Shown piece by piece: positions 13,192-25,600 of a stretch of 64,000 nt of DNA. Position 1 is the first letter of the stretch. Every line of letters begins with the position of its first letter. A model generated the notes under the pieces. It did not search any database and was not told the DNA's origin. It saw only the letters and a list, made by a program, of their open reading frames with translations. The translations under genes were made by a program, and so were the position numbers. Location: contig CAWHBU010000008.1 of NCBI GenBank assembly GCA_963827685.1, positions 1 to 64,000 of the forward strand. Reading direction: 5' to 3'. The stretch comes from an uncultured delta proteobacterium. Its GTDB lineage: Bacteria; Desulfobacterota; BSN033; UBA1163.

Positions 13192-13279
13192 GACATTTTT
13201 CTCCTTTCCTCTTTTCTGAAATCCATGATTCGGGTCAACAGCGGCCGCCATGCTCCATCCGGGAAAGGATAACGGTCGC

Positions 13280-13594
13280 CTATTTCACGATCAGATTATT
13301 CTTTACGGATTTGACCCCTTTGACGCTCCTTGCGATTTGACCCGCTTTATCGACGGCCTGTTGAGAATTAACGAAGCCGCTCAGTTGAACGATGCCCTTG
13401 TAAGTTTCGACACTGATCTGGAATGACTTGAGAAAATCATCTTCTGCAAGCAGAGATTTTACCTTGGTCGTGATGACCGAATCGTCAACGTATTCACCTG
13501 TACTTTCATGTGTGCGTGTCGATGCACAGGCTGCAAAGGTGGCGATCAGCATAAGAAGCACAAAATAGTGGATAACGATATTTCTCTTTTTCAT
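13280..13594 (-). CDS. BON-domain lipoprotein
   Basis: Lipobox-like FAAC then ESTGEYVDDSVITTKVK; RBS ggagga. Confidence 0.9.
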   Translation of the reverse strand: MKKRNIVIHYFVLLMLIATFAACASTRTHESTGEYVDDSVITTKVKSLLAEDDFLKSFQISVETYKGIVQLSGFVNSQQAVDKAGQIARSVKGVKSVKNNLIVK

Positions 13595-13739
13595 AGCGGT
13601 TACTCCTCCCTGTAAGTTTGTGGTGAAATGGTTGGTTACGAGACCTTTTCTACTGAAGGTACTAAGATTCGGCAAAATCTTTCTGGACCTGCTGACCACC
13701 TCCTTTCCAAATACCTTACCTTCTCCGGCAAGGGTCCAA

Positions 13740-13893
13740 ATCGCTACTATCTCTTCGTCCCTGAATAAGTTGGACCACTACCACGATGATGGCAATGACC
13801 AGCAGGATATGAATGAGTCCACCACCCGTATAGCCACTCAATAAATCCCAACAACCACAAAATTAAGAGAATCACACATATGGTCCAAAGCAT
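13740..13893 (-). CDS. lmo0937-family small membrane protein (frameshifted)
   Basis: MLWTICVILLILWLLG, then GGLIHILLVIAIIVV in the shifted frame; end approximate. Confidence 0.7.
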
Positions 13894-14080
13894 GTTCGAC
13901 TCCTTTCTGAGGACAGAATTGCGTCCATCCATTTCAATCTACTTTTGGGGGCCCTTAAGACCATGATTTTCTATAAAAATGGCCTAAAATGTATATAAGG
14001 TAATACCTGTATTTTTTCATAAGAAATACTGTATTTTCAGGCTGGTTTTCCCTGGAGACGAGACAAGTACAACTTGCCTT

Positions 14081-14423
14081 TCAAACTTTAGGAATTAAAT
14101 AACCCAAACTCAGCCGCCCGTCTTTGCGTCGGCAGGCGGTTGTTCGGTGCAGCAACCCTGAATGGTGTGCTCGATTGCAGAAAGGGGTCGGTAACAACTG
14201 AAAACGATATTGAGTAGTAAGAGGTTTACGGATCGTTTCCACGATGCCCTCAGTGTATTTTTGAGCTTTCTCAAAGGGTTCCTCTGATCGTTTGCGCTCG
14301 GCGATTTGAGCCTGCAATAGTTCGTTAGCCTCCTGGAAGCGCCGCTCCGTGGCAGCAAGTCTCGTCCGAAGCTCTTCCATCTCAGGGAGGAGGCTCCTGT
14401 TTTGTTCTGGTCTTCTTTTTATA
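14081..14423 (-). pseudogene. Coiled-coil/PAS sensor N-terminal fragment
   Basis: ELLQAQIAERKRSEE...GIVETIRKPL, then similarity to a PAS protein breaks off. Confidence 0.5.
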
Positions 14424-14691
14424 ATATCCCCCCGCCCTAATCGCTCTCAGATCATTAACGTTTATTCTCCACATATCATTGATTTTATAGAGAAGGTTTA
14501 AATAAATTGCAACTCGAATAAGAATCTAGCTTCTGTTGACTTTTTCATCACCATTTTTTAGAATACGACCAAAGGGTTTTCCTTACTTAATTTCTTATAA
14601 TTTTTGTTTCCCAAAACGATAATTAGAAGTTCATGTCTTGAGACCAGCGATGCTCGAGAGAGGACAGACGAGCCAAGGGAGGGCCGATCAT

Positions 14692-15543
14692 ATGAGAAAA
14701 AAGCCCAAAACAAAGAAAGAACTTCTTGGCGAGATTGCAGGCCTCGGAAAAAGGCTTGAAGCCGCAGAGCAACGGTCAGAGAAGGCTGAAAATAATAGGG
14801 TTGGACGAGACACGCAGAAGAAGCACTCATGCAATCAGAAATTGGGCGTAAGAAGGTAGAGAATGCGTTGACGGAATCCGAAACACAAGTCAAGAATCTC
14901 ACTAACAAGGTCTTATTGGTTGAGGAGAGGGAGCGGAAACGGATCGCCAATGAACTCCACGATGGCATTGGACAATCCCTGAATAGCATCAAGTTTAAGG
15001 TGGAGAACATTCTCCAACAAACGAATGTAAAAAAGGCCAAGACAAACGCCGAATCATTGGAGACCATCATTCCCATGATTCAGCAAAGTATCGAAGAAGT
15101 CCGAAGGATCGCAATGGACTTACGGCCACTGTCTTGGATGATCTGGGTATCCTAGCCACTCTTGCATGGTTCTGTCGGGAGTTTCAGAAGACTTATCCGG
15201 GCATTCATATCGAAAAAGAGACCGATATACAAGAGCACGAAGTGCCTGAAATTCTGAAGGCAGTAGCCTACAGAATTTCGCAGGAAGCCCTGAACAACAT
15301 CCTAAAGCATAGCAAAACAAATCTGCGTCTCTCTCCTTGCGAAAAACGGACAATACGATAGAATTGGCTATCCAGGATAACGGTCGGGGATTCGATGTAC
15401 AGGAAGTTCTCTCTATGGAGAGGTCCATGCGGGGATTGGGGCTTTCCAGTATGAGAGAGCGAGCCGAGCTTTCAGGTGGGTCATTTGTTATTGAATCCGT
15501 CAGGGATAGAGGAACAGTTATCCGTGCATCATGGCCGACATAA
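14692..15543 (+). CDS. NarX-like (HisKA_3) sensor histidine kinase, frameshifted
   Basis: EERERKRIANELHDGIGQSL, QEALNN, IQDNGRGFD, GLGLSSMRERA. Confidence 0.8.
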
Positions 15544-15729
15544 ATCCAATCGATTACCTCTCCGCAATTCCCCCCCCAAGTTAAAAAAATAAAAGAACCG
15601 GTTTGTGCAATCTTTTTTTAGATACACGCTGAATCGACAGATATTCAGGATAAGACTGCTTCTGATTGCCATGAAGATGATATTTGCCAGATGGTCAAAT
15701 GATGCCCACATTTTAGGGAATGATTCCGT

Positions 15730-18251
15730 ATGAACCACAGCCAAACTCTTTTTTGGAGCGTCCCCTCTCTTGAATTGCTTCAGCAACTTCAAACCACCCC
15801 TCAAGGCTTGACGAGCGATGAGGCTCAACAACGACTCTTACGCTATGGATCCAATCTCCTGAAGCCTAAGAAGAAATCGGACGCGCTGACACTTCTGTTA
15901 GCTCAATTTAAGAGTCCGATTATTCTCATTCTTATTTTTGCAGCAGGATTATCCTTCTTCCTCCGTAATCCCATTGATGCCACGATCATCCTGGTGATTG
16001 TTTTGGTCAGCGGTTTCCTTGGATTCTGGCAGGAACGGGGAGCGGTCAATGCTGTTGAGAAGCTGTATGCAATCGTGCAGATCAGAGCGACGGTGTTTCG
16101 CAATGGAGACTCAAAAGAAGTTCCCATCGAAGAGGTCGTCCCAGGCGATATTGTGTTCATCAAGGCAAGCGATGTCATCCCTGGAGACTGTCTTCTTCTG
16201 GAATCCAAAGACCTCTTTGTCGATGAAGCAACCTTGACAGGTGAAACCTATCCTGTCGAAAAATCAATCGGCACTTTACCGCCGGAAACACCGCTCAGCC
16301 AGCGGACAAACTCGCTCTTTATGGGAACCCATGTGGTCAGCGGGAGTGCCACGGCGGTGGTCATCCGAACAGGGAAGGAGACCGAATTCGGAAAGGTGTC
16401 CGAACGGCTGAGACTAAGACCTCCGGAGACAGAGTTTGAGCATGGTGTCAGGCGATTTGGGTATCTCCTCATGGAGATCACGCTGGTGCTGGTGATCGCC
16501 GTCTTTGCCATCAATGTCTATTTTACGCGACCGGTATTAGAATCTTTTCTCTTTGCACTGGCGCTTGCCGTCGGACTGACTCCAACACTCTTACCTGCGA
16601 TCATCAGCATTAACCTCGCTCATGGTGCCAAGCGGATGGCCCTCGATAAGGTCATCGTAAAACGGCTGGCATCGATTGAAAACTTCGGCAGCATGAACGT
16701 GCTCTGTTCCGATAAGACCGGCACCCTGACTGAAGGATGGTGAAATTACACTCTGCCTTAAATGTGGACGGCCATGAGAGTGAAAAAGTCCTTCTCTATG
16801 CCTTTGTCAATGCTTCTTATGAAACAGGCTTCATGAATCCAATCGATGAAGCGATCCGTAAATATCGCCCATTTGATCTGTCAGGCTATAAGAAATTGGA
16901 TGAGGTGCCTTACGATTTTATTCGCAAGCGATTGAGCATTTTGATTTCAAAAGGTGACACGCATCTGATGGTAACGAAAGGGGCCCTGTCAAATGTGCTC
17001 GCTGTCTGCTCTTCCGCAGAAATTGCTGAAGGAAGGATTGTGGACATCGTTACCGTGAAGGAACAGGTCCAGCAGCACTTTGAAGAGTTCGGTCGCAAAG
17101 GCTTTCGTACTCTGGGAGTGGCTTACAAGGATGTTGGCTCCGACACGGTCATCACCAGGGAGCAAGAAGCCGACATCACTTTTTTGGGATTTCTGATTCT
17201 TTTTGATCCGCCCAAGCCCGGAATCATCGAAACCATCAGAGAGCTGAAACATCTCGGCGTTTCATTGAAGATCATCACCGGAGATAACCGGCTGCTTGCC
17301 GCCAATGTCAGTCAACAGGTGGAGTTATTGAATCCCCACATCCTCACAGGTGGAGATCTTCACCAGATGAGTGATGAGGCGCTTCTCAAACGGGTCAATG
17401 AGGTGGATGTCTTCGCTGAGGTGGAGCCCAACCACAAAGAACGTATCATTCTCGCCTTGAAGAAAGCCGGGCATGTCGTCGGATACATGGGAGATGGTAT
17501 CAATGACGCCTCGGCACTTCATATTGCTGATGTCGGCATCTCCGTGGATAGCGCGGTCGATGTGGCCAAAGAGGCGGCTGACATTGTACTGCTTGAAAAA
17601 GATCTCGGCGTTCTGGTACAGGGCGTACGCGAAGGGAGGAGAACTTTTGCCAACACACTGAAATATGTGTTTATGGCGACCAGTGCGAATTTTGGAAATA
17701 TGTTCAGCATGGCAGGAGCCTCCCTCTTTCTGCCTTTTCTTCCTCTTCTGCCCAAGCAGATTCTACTGACCAATTTGCTGACAGACTTTCCGGAGATGAC
17801 CATTGCCACGGACAGTGTCGATCGTGAACTGGTTGAGAAACCTCGACGCTGGAATATCCAGTTCATAAGAAACTTTATGCTGACTTTCGGCATTCTAAGC
17901 TCGGTATTTGATTATCTTACCTTTGGTGTGCTTCTGCTTCTCCTCCATGCCACGACGGATCAATTCAGAACAGGCTGGTTTATAGAGTCTGTGATTTCAG
18001 CCTCGGTCATTGTCCTCGTTATTCGCACCCGGAGGTCTTTCTTCAGAAGTAAACCCGGGAAGTATCTGCTGATAGCCACTCTGCTGATTGTTGCTGTGAC
18101 GACCCTATTTCCGTTCACGCCGCTTGCAGGACTTTTAGGTTTTCAACCGTTGCCAATGACTATCCTTCTGGTCATCGGCATGATTGTGGTGCTTTATATT
18201 ATTGCAGCAGAAATAACAAAAAGGTCCTTTTACAAAAGAGTAAATTTTTAA
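15730..18251 (+). CDS. mgtA: Mg2+-transporting P-type ATPase (frameshift at ~16740)
   Basis: LTGET, DKTGTLT, GDGINDA, SANFGNMFS, FRTGWFIES. Confidence 0.9.
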
Positions 18252-18308
18252 AAAGGTACCAGCAGATTATAAAAAGGAGCATATTATAGTTTGCATTAGC
18301 CCCAGCAG

Positions 18309-18530
18309 GTCATTGCGAGGAGCGACAGCGGTTGCGAGGCGCAGTCGAAGCAAACTCGGAGATTCCTCGCTCCGCTTGGAACAAGCTCCGCAATCTCAAA
18401 ACGAGATTGCCACGCTTGCGCGCCGGAGCGCTTCAGCGCGCAGGCACGCCTGCGTGCCGTAACTTTTTTTTGCACTATAGTCAAGACAAGCACTCCGGCG
18501 TGCAGGCACGCCCTTTGGGCTCACAATGAC
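18309..18530. repeat. GTCATTGCGAG...CTC[A/G]CAATGAC palindromic repeat with nested GC(C/T)TGC...GCAGGC mini-elements
   Basis: Terminal inverted repeats, internal gcaatctc/gagattgc arms, and two tandem inserts each bordered by AC. Confidence 0.65.
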
Positions 18531-18607
18531 AACTTTTATCGTTCCGAATCTAAACTATTTTATGCTCTCGGTAATAATTCATTTTATCCCATAGGGGGAG
18601 GAGTTAA

Positions 18608-20095
18608 ATGGACCGTGATCATAGAAGACATCGAGCAGATCTCAAGGCCATTGCTCGCCGGGCAATGATCGACCGCGGCCTGCTGCCAGATTTCTCGGAT
18701 GCGGTGAAGGGAGAAGTTGGGAGAATCAAATCCCCTGCTATTGATAACGATCCTCGAATTCGCGATCTGAGGGGTTTGCTTTGGGCCTCGATCGACAACG
18801 ACAACTCCGAAGACCTGGATCAGCTTACAGTGGCGGAACCGCTGTCGGGTGGAGCGGTGAAAATATTGGTTGCAATCGCTGATGTCGACGCTATCGTAAA
18901 GAAAGAAACGGCCATCGACGGCCACGCCAAGTACAACACAACTTCCGTCTACACCGCTGCGCAAATCTTCTCGATGTTACCCGAGACGCTGTCCACCGAT
19001 CTTACATCTCTTCGTCAAGACGAAGAACGATCGGCAATTATCATCGAGATCGTCATCGGTGAGGAGTCTTCAATTGCCAAATGGGATCTCTACCGAGCCG
19101 TTGTTTGTAACCGCGCAAAGCTCACCTATAATGGTGTTGCCGCATGGCTTGAAGGCAAAGGGCCTGCTCCGGAGCGGGTCGCGGCGCTGCCTGGCCTTGA
19201 CCAACAGATCCGCATTCAGGATGAAGTTGCCCAGAGATTGAAGAATCTCCGAGTTCACTGCGGCGCTCTTCAGCTCGAAACCATTGAAGCGAGGCCGGTG
19301 TTTAAGGGAGACTCCCTAACCGATCTGGAAGTGGAGAGGACCAATCAGGCCAAAGAGTTGATAGAAAACTTTATGATCGTGGCGAATGAGGTGACAGCAA
19401 GATATCTTGAAGCCAAAAGGTTTCCGTCTCTTCGCCGCGTCCTCCGCTCCCCGGAGCGTTGGACGCGAATCGTCGAGCTGGCGTCAAGTCTGGGCGGGCA
19501 TCTGCCCCCGGAGCCCGACTCAGGTGCACTGGAAGAGTTTCTGTCGAAGCAGAAGAAGGCCGACCCGATTCGATTTCCTGATCTTTCCCTCAGCGTGGTC
19601 AAGCTGATGGGTTCAGGGGAATATGTGGTTGATCTCCCCGGCGATACATCCCCCGGCCACTTTGGGCTTGCTGTCAAGGATTATACTCATTCCACTGCCC
19701 CCAACCGGCGATTTCCAGATCTTATCACCCAGAGGCTTATCAAGGCAGCCATGGCAGAGCAGCCGGTTCCTTACAGCAAAGATGAGTTGACAGGGCTCGC
19801 TCAACACTGTACGCAAAAGGAGGATGATGCCAACAAGGTTGAGCGGCTGGTGAGAAAGTCAGCTGCCGCCTTGCTCCTGGAATCAAGTATCGGGCAGCGG
19901 TTCGATGGCATCGTTACGGGCGCCTCAGAAAAAGGAACGTGGGTTCGCCTCTTTCACCCGCCGGTCGAAGGAAAGCTGATGCGAGGATTTGAAGGTCTTG
20001 ATGTCGGAGATCGAGTTCGCGTTCAGCTCATCGGGACTGATGTAGAACGAGGATTCATCGACTTTGCCCGAGTAGAAAGAGGGCAGGGGAATTGA
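18608..20095 (+). CDS. RNB-domain (RNase II/R family) exoribonuclease
   Basis: SIDNDNSEDLDQ, VAIADV, IENFMIVAN, HFGL..KDYTHSTAPNRRFPDL, C-terminal S1-like domain. Confidence 0.9.
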   Translation: MDRDHRRHRADLKAIARRAMIDRGLLPDFSDAVKGEVGRIKSPAIDNDPRIRDLRGLLWASIDNDNSEDLDQLTVAEPLSGGAVKILVAIADVDAIVKKETAIDGHAKYNTTSVYTAAQIFSMLPETLSTDLTSLRQDEERSAIIIEIVIGEESSIAKWDLYRAVVCNRAKLTYNGVAAWLEGKGPAPERVAALPGLDQQIRIQDEVAQRLKNLRVHCGALQLETIEARPVFKGDSLTDLEVERTNQAKELIENFMIVANEVTARYLEAKRFPSLRRVLRSPERWTRIVELASSLGGHLPPEPDSGALEEFLSKQKKADPIRFPDLSLSVVKLMGSGEYVVDLPGDTSPGHFGLAVKDYTHSTAPNRRFPDLITQRLIKAAMAEQPVPYSKDELTGLAQHCTQKEDDANKVERLVRKSAAALLLESSIGQRFDGIVTGASEKGTWVRLFHPPVEGKLMRGFEGLDVGDRVRVQLIGTDVERGFIDFARVERGQGN

Positions 20096-20317
20096 GATTC
20101 GCCTGTCCCAGCACGGGGATAGATCATTCTAATAATAGAAATTTATGATTTTATGGACGTCCTCCTTGTCCACCAAACTGCGGTGATTGTCGTTCGGCCA
20201 AGTGTGTTTAACCATTACGTCTGCTCGTTTAAGAAAGCCGGAACAATCTGGTCTTGATTATCCAGGGGGTAGAATTGTATAAGAATAATACGATAATGTT
20301 CATAGATAATAGCATCA

Positions 20318-20632
20318 ATGAAAGGAGAAGCTAAAATGCAAGCCTCATCCTTAGCAGAAGAAATGAGAAAGGAGATACTTTCTCGTCTTAAAAAGATTGA
20401 AGGACAGGCACGTGGAATCCGGGGGATGGTGGAAAAAGACGGTAATTGTACCGATATTCTCATCCAGATTTCAGCCCTTTCCTCTGCGGCCCGAAGACTG
20501 GGGATGGTCATCATGGAGGGGTGCATGCGAGATTGTGCCTCTTCCATCCCGAGCATGCGTGACGAGGTAGATGTAAAGGAGAAGGTCGACAATATGGCCA
20601 AAGCCATCTATCGGTTCATCAACATGAAATGA
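20318..20632 (+). CDS. CsoR/RcnR family metal-sensing repressor
   Basis: RLKKIEGQARGIRGMVE...CTDILIQISA. Confidence 0.85.
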   Translation: MKGEAKMQASSLAEEMRKEILSRLKKIEGQARGIRGMVEKDGNCTDILIQISALSSAARRLGMVIMEGCMRDCASSIPSMRDEVDVKEKVDNMAKAIYRFINMK

Positions 20633-20767
20633 AGCTCAAGTTGCGTTCGGTTTGATGGCGCAATAGGGGGGAACAGCAATGGGTGAACACTTAGCGACAA
20701 AGGGAGAATGCAACAGGATCGCATCTTGAGATGTTATGAATTTGCCTGAGCCCTGTGTCTTTCGCCA

Positions 20768-20850
20768 TTGATGTCGGAGATCGAGTTCGCGTTGAGCTCA
20801 TAGGGACTGATGTAGAACGAGGATTCATCGACTTTGGGAGAGCAGGATGA
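20768..20850 (+). repeat. Second copy of the RNB gene 3' end
   Basis: 20768-20836 nearly identical to 19998-20066; ends in an alternative stop. Confidence 0.9.
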
Positions 20851-20860
20851 AGAGAGGGGG

Positions 20861-20928
20861 GAAGGCGGATTATTTGTAATTGTCTTGAACGATACTTAAT
20901 CTGACAGACACTGTCAAATTACCTCTTG
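20861..20928 (-). promoter_or_regulatory. Repeat E copy 1 with sigma70-like promoter TTGACA-17-TATCGT (20917-20889)
   Basis: Closely similar to 57970-58036; internal tgacag/ctgtca palindrome. Confidence 0.7.
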
Positions 20929-21128
20929 ATTAAAGATTGTACCTACAAAGAGTGATCATCATGCCCTATTAAGAGTTGTCGATTTGCGATTGGAAGAGAG
21001 AGCGCAAAGCGAAGAAGTGGAGTCATGGCAAAACGGTCAACCTGTCAGCTCCGGCAAATTGCTAGGACGAATCAGTATTAGGTTTTTCAAATAAGGGCAA
21101 ATCCCAATGACCCATTTGGGACACAAAA

Positions 21129-22613
21129 TCAAGCAGGCAATGTAACCGTAAATGTTGTATCTTTACCGATCTCGGATTTCAAGTCAATTTGCCCACCGTA
21201 AGCACTTACGAGACGTTTAACAAGTGCGAGGCCTAAGCCGGCACCTTCTACGTTTCCAGTAAAGAATTTTTCTATCTGGTAGAATTTTTCGAATACTTTC
21301 CCTTGGTCCTCGGCAGGTATACCGCGTCCATTATCGTAGATTGAAATCTCGAGCTCTTGCGCGGATTTCTTGACAGAGATGCTGATTTTAATAACTTCCT
21401 TATCGTTAAACTTAATTGCATTTTCGACGAGATTTTTCATGATCATGTCCATATGGGATTTATTTATACGGACGATATAACCTTGATCGGGGCAATCAAT
21501 TTTCAATTCTGTTTTTTTATCCTTTATTCCTTCGATCATGGGATTGACAAGGAGAGGCAGATAATCACACAGCACGATCTCCTCCTTCTGTAGATCAAGC
21601 TTCATCGTATTCAATTCCGTGAACTTTAATAGTCCGTCAATCAAAGTTGTATGTAAACGCGCCTGTCTTAAAACAGACTCTATATATTTTTTCTGTTTGT
21701 CATTAAGTGGACCGCAAATATTTTCTTTCTGAAGTATGGATGCACTTTGAGTGATGACGGTAAGAGGCGTGCGCAGCTTATGCGACATGAGGCCTAAGAA
21801 ATCCTGCTTCATTAGCTCTTCTGTGCGCGTATCCGTTACATCGCGTATCGTCATGATGATATTCGAGACTTTCTCTTGGGCATCTTTTAATACATCCAAA
21901 CTTGCCTCTAAATATAATGCTTTGAATTGTTCTGTCTCCTCTCTGATGACATCAAAAGCTTTATGCGACCGGGAAACATCAATCATTTCTTCCTTTGGGA
22001 TTGAAACAGAATAATTTAGAAAAATAAAATCGACTAAATTAATGGTTTCCGGGTCGGTAATATTTAAGTACTTCTGGGCAGATGAATTAATCGCCGCTAT
22101 TTTCCAATCGGCCGTACAGACCACGACTCCATCGCCCATCTCTTGAATAACCCTATCGAACTTTTGCCTTTCAGCTTCCTCTTTCACCCTTTGTAATTCT
22201 TTCAATTCGCGCCGCTGACGCTGGAGTTCCAGATGGGCACTGACCCGGGCGTTCACCTCTTCAAACTGGAACGGCTTGGTCACGTAGTCCACGCCGCCGG
22301 TACCGAAGGCCCTGACCTTGTCCATCGTCTCGTTCAGAGCGCTAATGAAAATGACCGAGATCTCTTTCAGTTTTTCGTCTTTCTTCAGCCGCTCGCATAC
22401 CTCATAACCATCCATTTCCGGCATCATGATATCGAGAAGGATAAGGTCGGGCGGGTCGTTTTTCGCCGCCTGCAGGGCGAGTTTTCCGCTCGGCACCGGC
22501 CGGACCCTATATCCCCGTTCCTTAAGCATCCCGGTCAGCAATTGGAGATTCGCCGGTGTGTCATCGACGACGATGATATTCGGTACGTCCTCACGACTCG
22601 TTCGTTGTTCCAT
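21129..22613 (-). CDS. Hybrid REC-PAS-histidine kinase
   Basis: REC (VVDD, LLDIMMP), H-box SHKLRTPL, ENAIKF, GAGLGLA. Confidence 0.9.
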   Translation of the reverse strand: MEQRTSREDVPNIIVVDDTPANLQLLTGMLKERGYRVRPVPSGKLALQAAKNDPPDLILLDIMMPEMDGYEVCERLKKDEKLKEISVIFISALNETMDKVRAFGTGGVDYVTKPFQFEEVNARVSAHLELQRQRRELKELQRVKEEAERQKFDRVIQEMGDGVVVCTADWKIAAINSSAQKYLNITDPETINLVDFIFLNYSVSIPKEEMIDVSRSHKAFDVIREETEQFKALYLEASLDVLKDAQEKVSNIIMTIRDVTDTRTEELMKQDFLGLMSHKLRTPLTVITQSASILQKENICGPLNDKQKKYIESVLRQARLHTTLIDGLLKFTELNTMKLDLQKEEIVLCDYLPLLVNPMIEGIKDKKTELKIDCPDQGYIVRINKSHMDMIMKNLVENAIKFNDKEVIKISISVKKSAQELEISIYDNGRGIPAEDQGKVFEKFYQIEKFFTGNVEGAGLGLALVKRLVSAYGGQIDLKSEIGKDTTFTVTLPA

Positions 22614-25600
22614 TAGTTGTTCCTCCGGTTGGTATCAGGTCGAGCAGTTTCTGGTAGTCGAATCGCTCCGCCAGGCTCCGCATCCCATCGGCAGCGTGAG
22701 CATCGTGAGTTGCGGCCTGCTGAATCAACTCCAGCATGCGATCCAAGTCCGCATTGATGGTGGCTTCGCGGATCTGACGGACGAGTTCACCCGGGAGACC
22801 GTTCAATGACTCCGGCGTTAGTGCTCCAAATGCCTCCGGCTCGGCGGCCACTGATACAGCCTCCTCCACGTAAATGTACTTCGCGCCCAGCAACCGGCCG
22901 ATTTTCTCGAACAACTCGGTCTCCCGGAACGGTTTCGAGATGAAGTTGTCGGCGCCGGTGGCAAGCACCTCCTGCCGCGTATCCTCAAAGGCGCTGGCGG
23001 TCACAGCAATGATCCTGGTATCCTTGCCGCCGACACTGGCGCGGATGCGCCGGATGGCCTCGTAGCCGTCCACCACGGGCATACGCAAATCCATGAGGAT
23101 CAGGCTGGGATTCCACATTTCGAACTCTTTAACCGCCTCTTCCCCGTCGGCCACTTGCCGAATCTGGAACCCAACAGGGCCAAGCATCTGGGAAAGGAGC
23201 TCGCGGTTGTCTTCTTTGTCGTCGGCAACCAGCACTCGGTACTGCGGTTGTCCGGGCTGGAGTCCTGTCACGCAGCGTGATTCCGCCTTCACGACCACGG
23301 CCGCCGGGTCCGCTTCTTTTAACGCGATATTGAACCCGAAAAGGCTGCCCCTGCCCACTTGACTGCTGACCGTGATGTCCCCGCCCATCAGCCGTACAAA
23401 CTCGCGACTGATCGCCAGACCTAACCCCGTGCCGGTTCCCGCATCGCGCCCGGCCTGCATCTGCTCGAAGTGATGGAACAACCGATCCATATCCTCTGCC
23501 GCTATACCCGGGCCGGTGTCCTCGATTTCGGCCCGTAGACGAAGTTCTTTTGTCTCCTCATGTAGGGCACGAACGCGCAAAATGATCCCACCTTTCTTGG
23601 TGAACTTTACGGCATTCCCGAGGAGGTTGATGAGCACCCCCCGCAGTTTGCCCTCATCGGACACAACAAAGCGTGGCACCTCGCCTATGCGCTCCACTGA
23701 GAACTGCAGATTCTTCGCATCGGTGCGCGGCCGGAACATCATCTCCAGATCGTTGAGCAGTGCGTGGAGGTCGAAGGCAGTCGGGTTCAGGGTCACTCGA
23801 CCGGCTTCGATCTTCGATATCTCCAAAATATCGTTGATCAGCGCCAGAAGGTGCTCTCCGCTCCGGTTGATGGTGTCAAGCTGCTGTCGCTGCCGAGGCG
23901 TGACGGTCGGGTCGCGCTGCATCAATTGCGAGAAGCCCAGGATAGCATTCATTGGAGTGCGGATTTCGTGTGACATGTTGGCAAGGAAGATGGTCTTAGC
24001 GCGGTTGGCGCGTTCGGCTTCCTCTTTAGCCTTGTGCAGGGCGGCCTCCAACTCCTTCTGTTCAGTGATATCGAGTGAGACGTTGGCCAGAAAAAGCGGC
24101 GCTCCAGTAACCGCGTCTTTGATTATGAAGCTCATCGTGTGCACGTCGGTCAACTGCCCGGTCTTGAGGTTTAGGTATTGCAGGTCACCCTCCCATGTAC
24201 CATTGTTCATCAGTGCTGGCAGGAGTTCATTTTGAACCTTCTCCTTCAGGTGATCAGGTATAATCTGTATGATATTGGTTTGTTCAATCTCTGTGGGAGA
24301 TATACCGAGCATCTTGGCGCCGGCCTCGTTGAGGAAGACCATCTTTCCGTCGAGGGTGGTCAGGTTGATGAGTTCGCTTGAGTACCGAACCACTGCTGCC
24401 AGTTTCTGCAGTTCCTCCTCGGCACGCTTGCGTTCAGTGATGTCTCTTAACGTGCCCTCAACGCCGATTGGCTTTCCAGCCAAGTCAAAAAGGACGTGTG
24501 CATTGGCAGAAGCATAGATCAGACGATTGTCTTTCGATTTCAACCGAAGTTCATAATCAACGACCTCTCCCTTTTCTTGGATTGCCTTCAAAAGTCTTAT
24601 TCTATCTTCCGGATTAAAATAGACCTCTCCAACAGATTTGCCAATCAGCTCTCCACGAGGATATCCTGAATATCTTTCTATAGATGGACTGATGTCAGTA
24701 ATGTTCCCCTCATTATCAGTTTGATAGAATGCATCTTGAACATTTTCAAATATTTTCCTATATTTGTTTTCGCTCTCCCTCAAGGCCTCCTCAGCCTGCT
24801 TGCGTTCGGTGATATCTTGAGCCACATACACGATTCCTCGAATGACCTTGTTGGCGTCATGCATGACCGAGGCTGAAAGCAGAACGGGTATTTCCCGACC
24901 ATTTTTTGTCAGGTATGTTTCTTCAATATTACTGACATGGTTATCTGTCAACATGGTCTTCATCCATGGATCTTTGCTTGACCCGTTCCCCCCGAAAATC
25001 GTTTCAACCGGCCGTCCGACAAGTTCCTTCTCTTCGTAGCCTAGAAGCACACAGGTAGCCGTGTTTGTTCTTATGATTTTATTGTCCGGCGAAACAACGA
25101 TTAACGAGTTAATCATGCTCTTGATGATGTTATCCACGTAATCTTTTGAAACGGTCGTCTTGTCCAGGTCTTCAGCCATCTGATTAAAACCTTCAAGCAA
25201 CATCTGAACCTCTCCCGTAGCCTTAACGGCAATCCTGGTCGAGAGGTCGCCTTTAGCAAGCCGGGCTATGGCATGGGCAAGCTCAGTGATCGGATCAAAT
25301 ATTATCTGTCTTGAGACAATAAACACTACTGCAGCAAGCACAATCGCCACCATTACATTCAGAACAAGTACAAACAGTACCGTTTTCACAATTTGTTGAT
25401 GAATATTGTATCGCGACATGCAAATAGTAACTTTGCCGATGGTATAGGTGCCCGTGAGAATTGGGACAGAAAGTTCTGTAATGGCCTCTTTATTCCTGAT
25501 GGCTGCTATAATATCTTCAACCTCACTCTTTTTTGACAGCCCTGCAAGGATCACCTTTAGTCTCGGCGACCGATAATTAATGCTGGCATATTGAGAGGTC

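Noticed and set aside
1-18251. Programmed frameshifting or an alternative genetic code
   Set aside because: Breaks are indels in diverse housekeeping-type genes, often in homopolymers; long intact ORFs elsewhere use the standard code
22233-25039. Long antisense ORFs opposite the kinases
   Set aside because: Shadow ORFs of GC-rich coding sequence with no recognisable motifs
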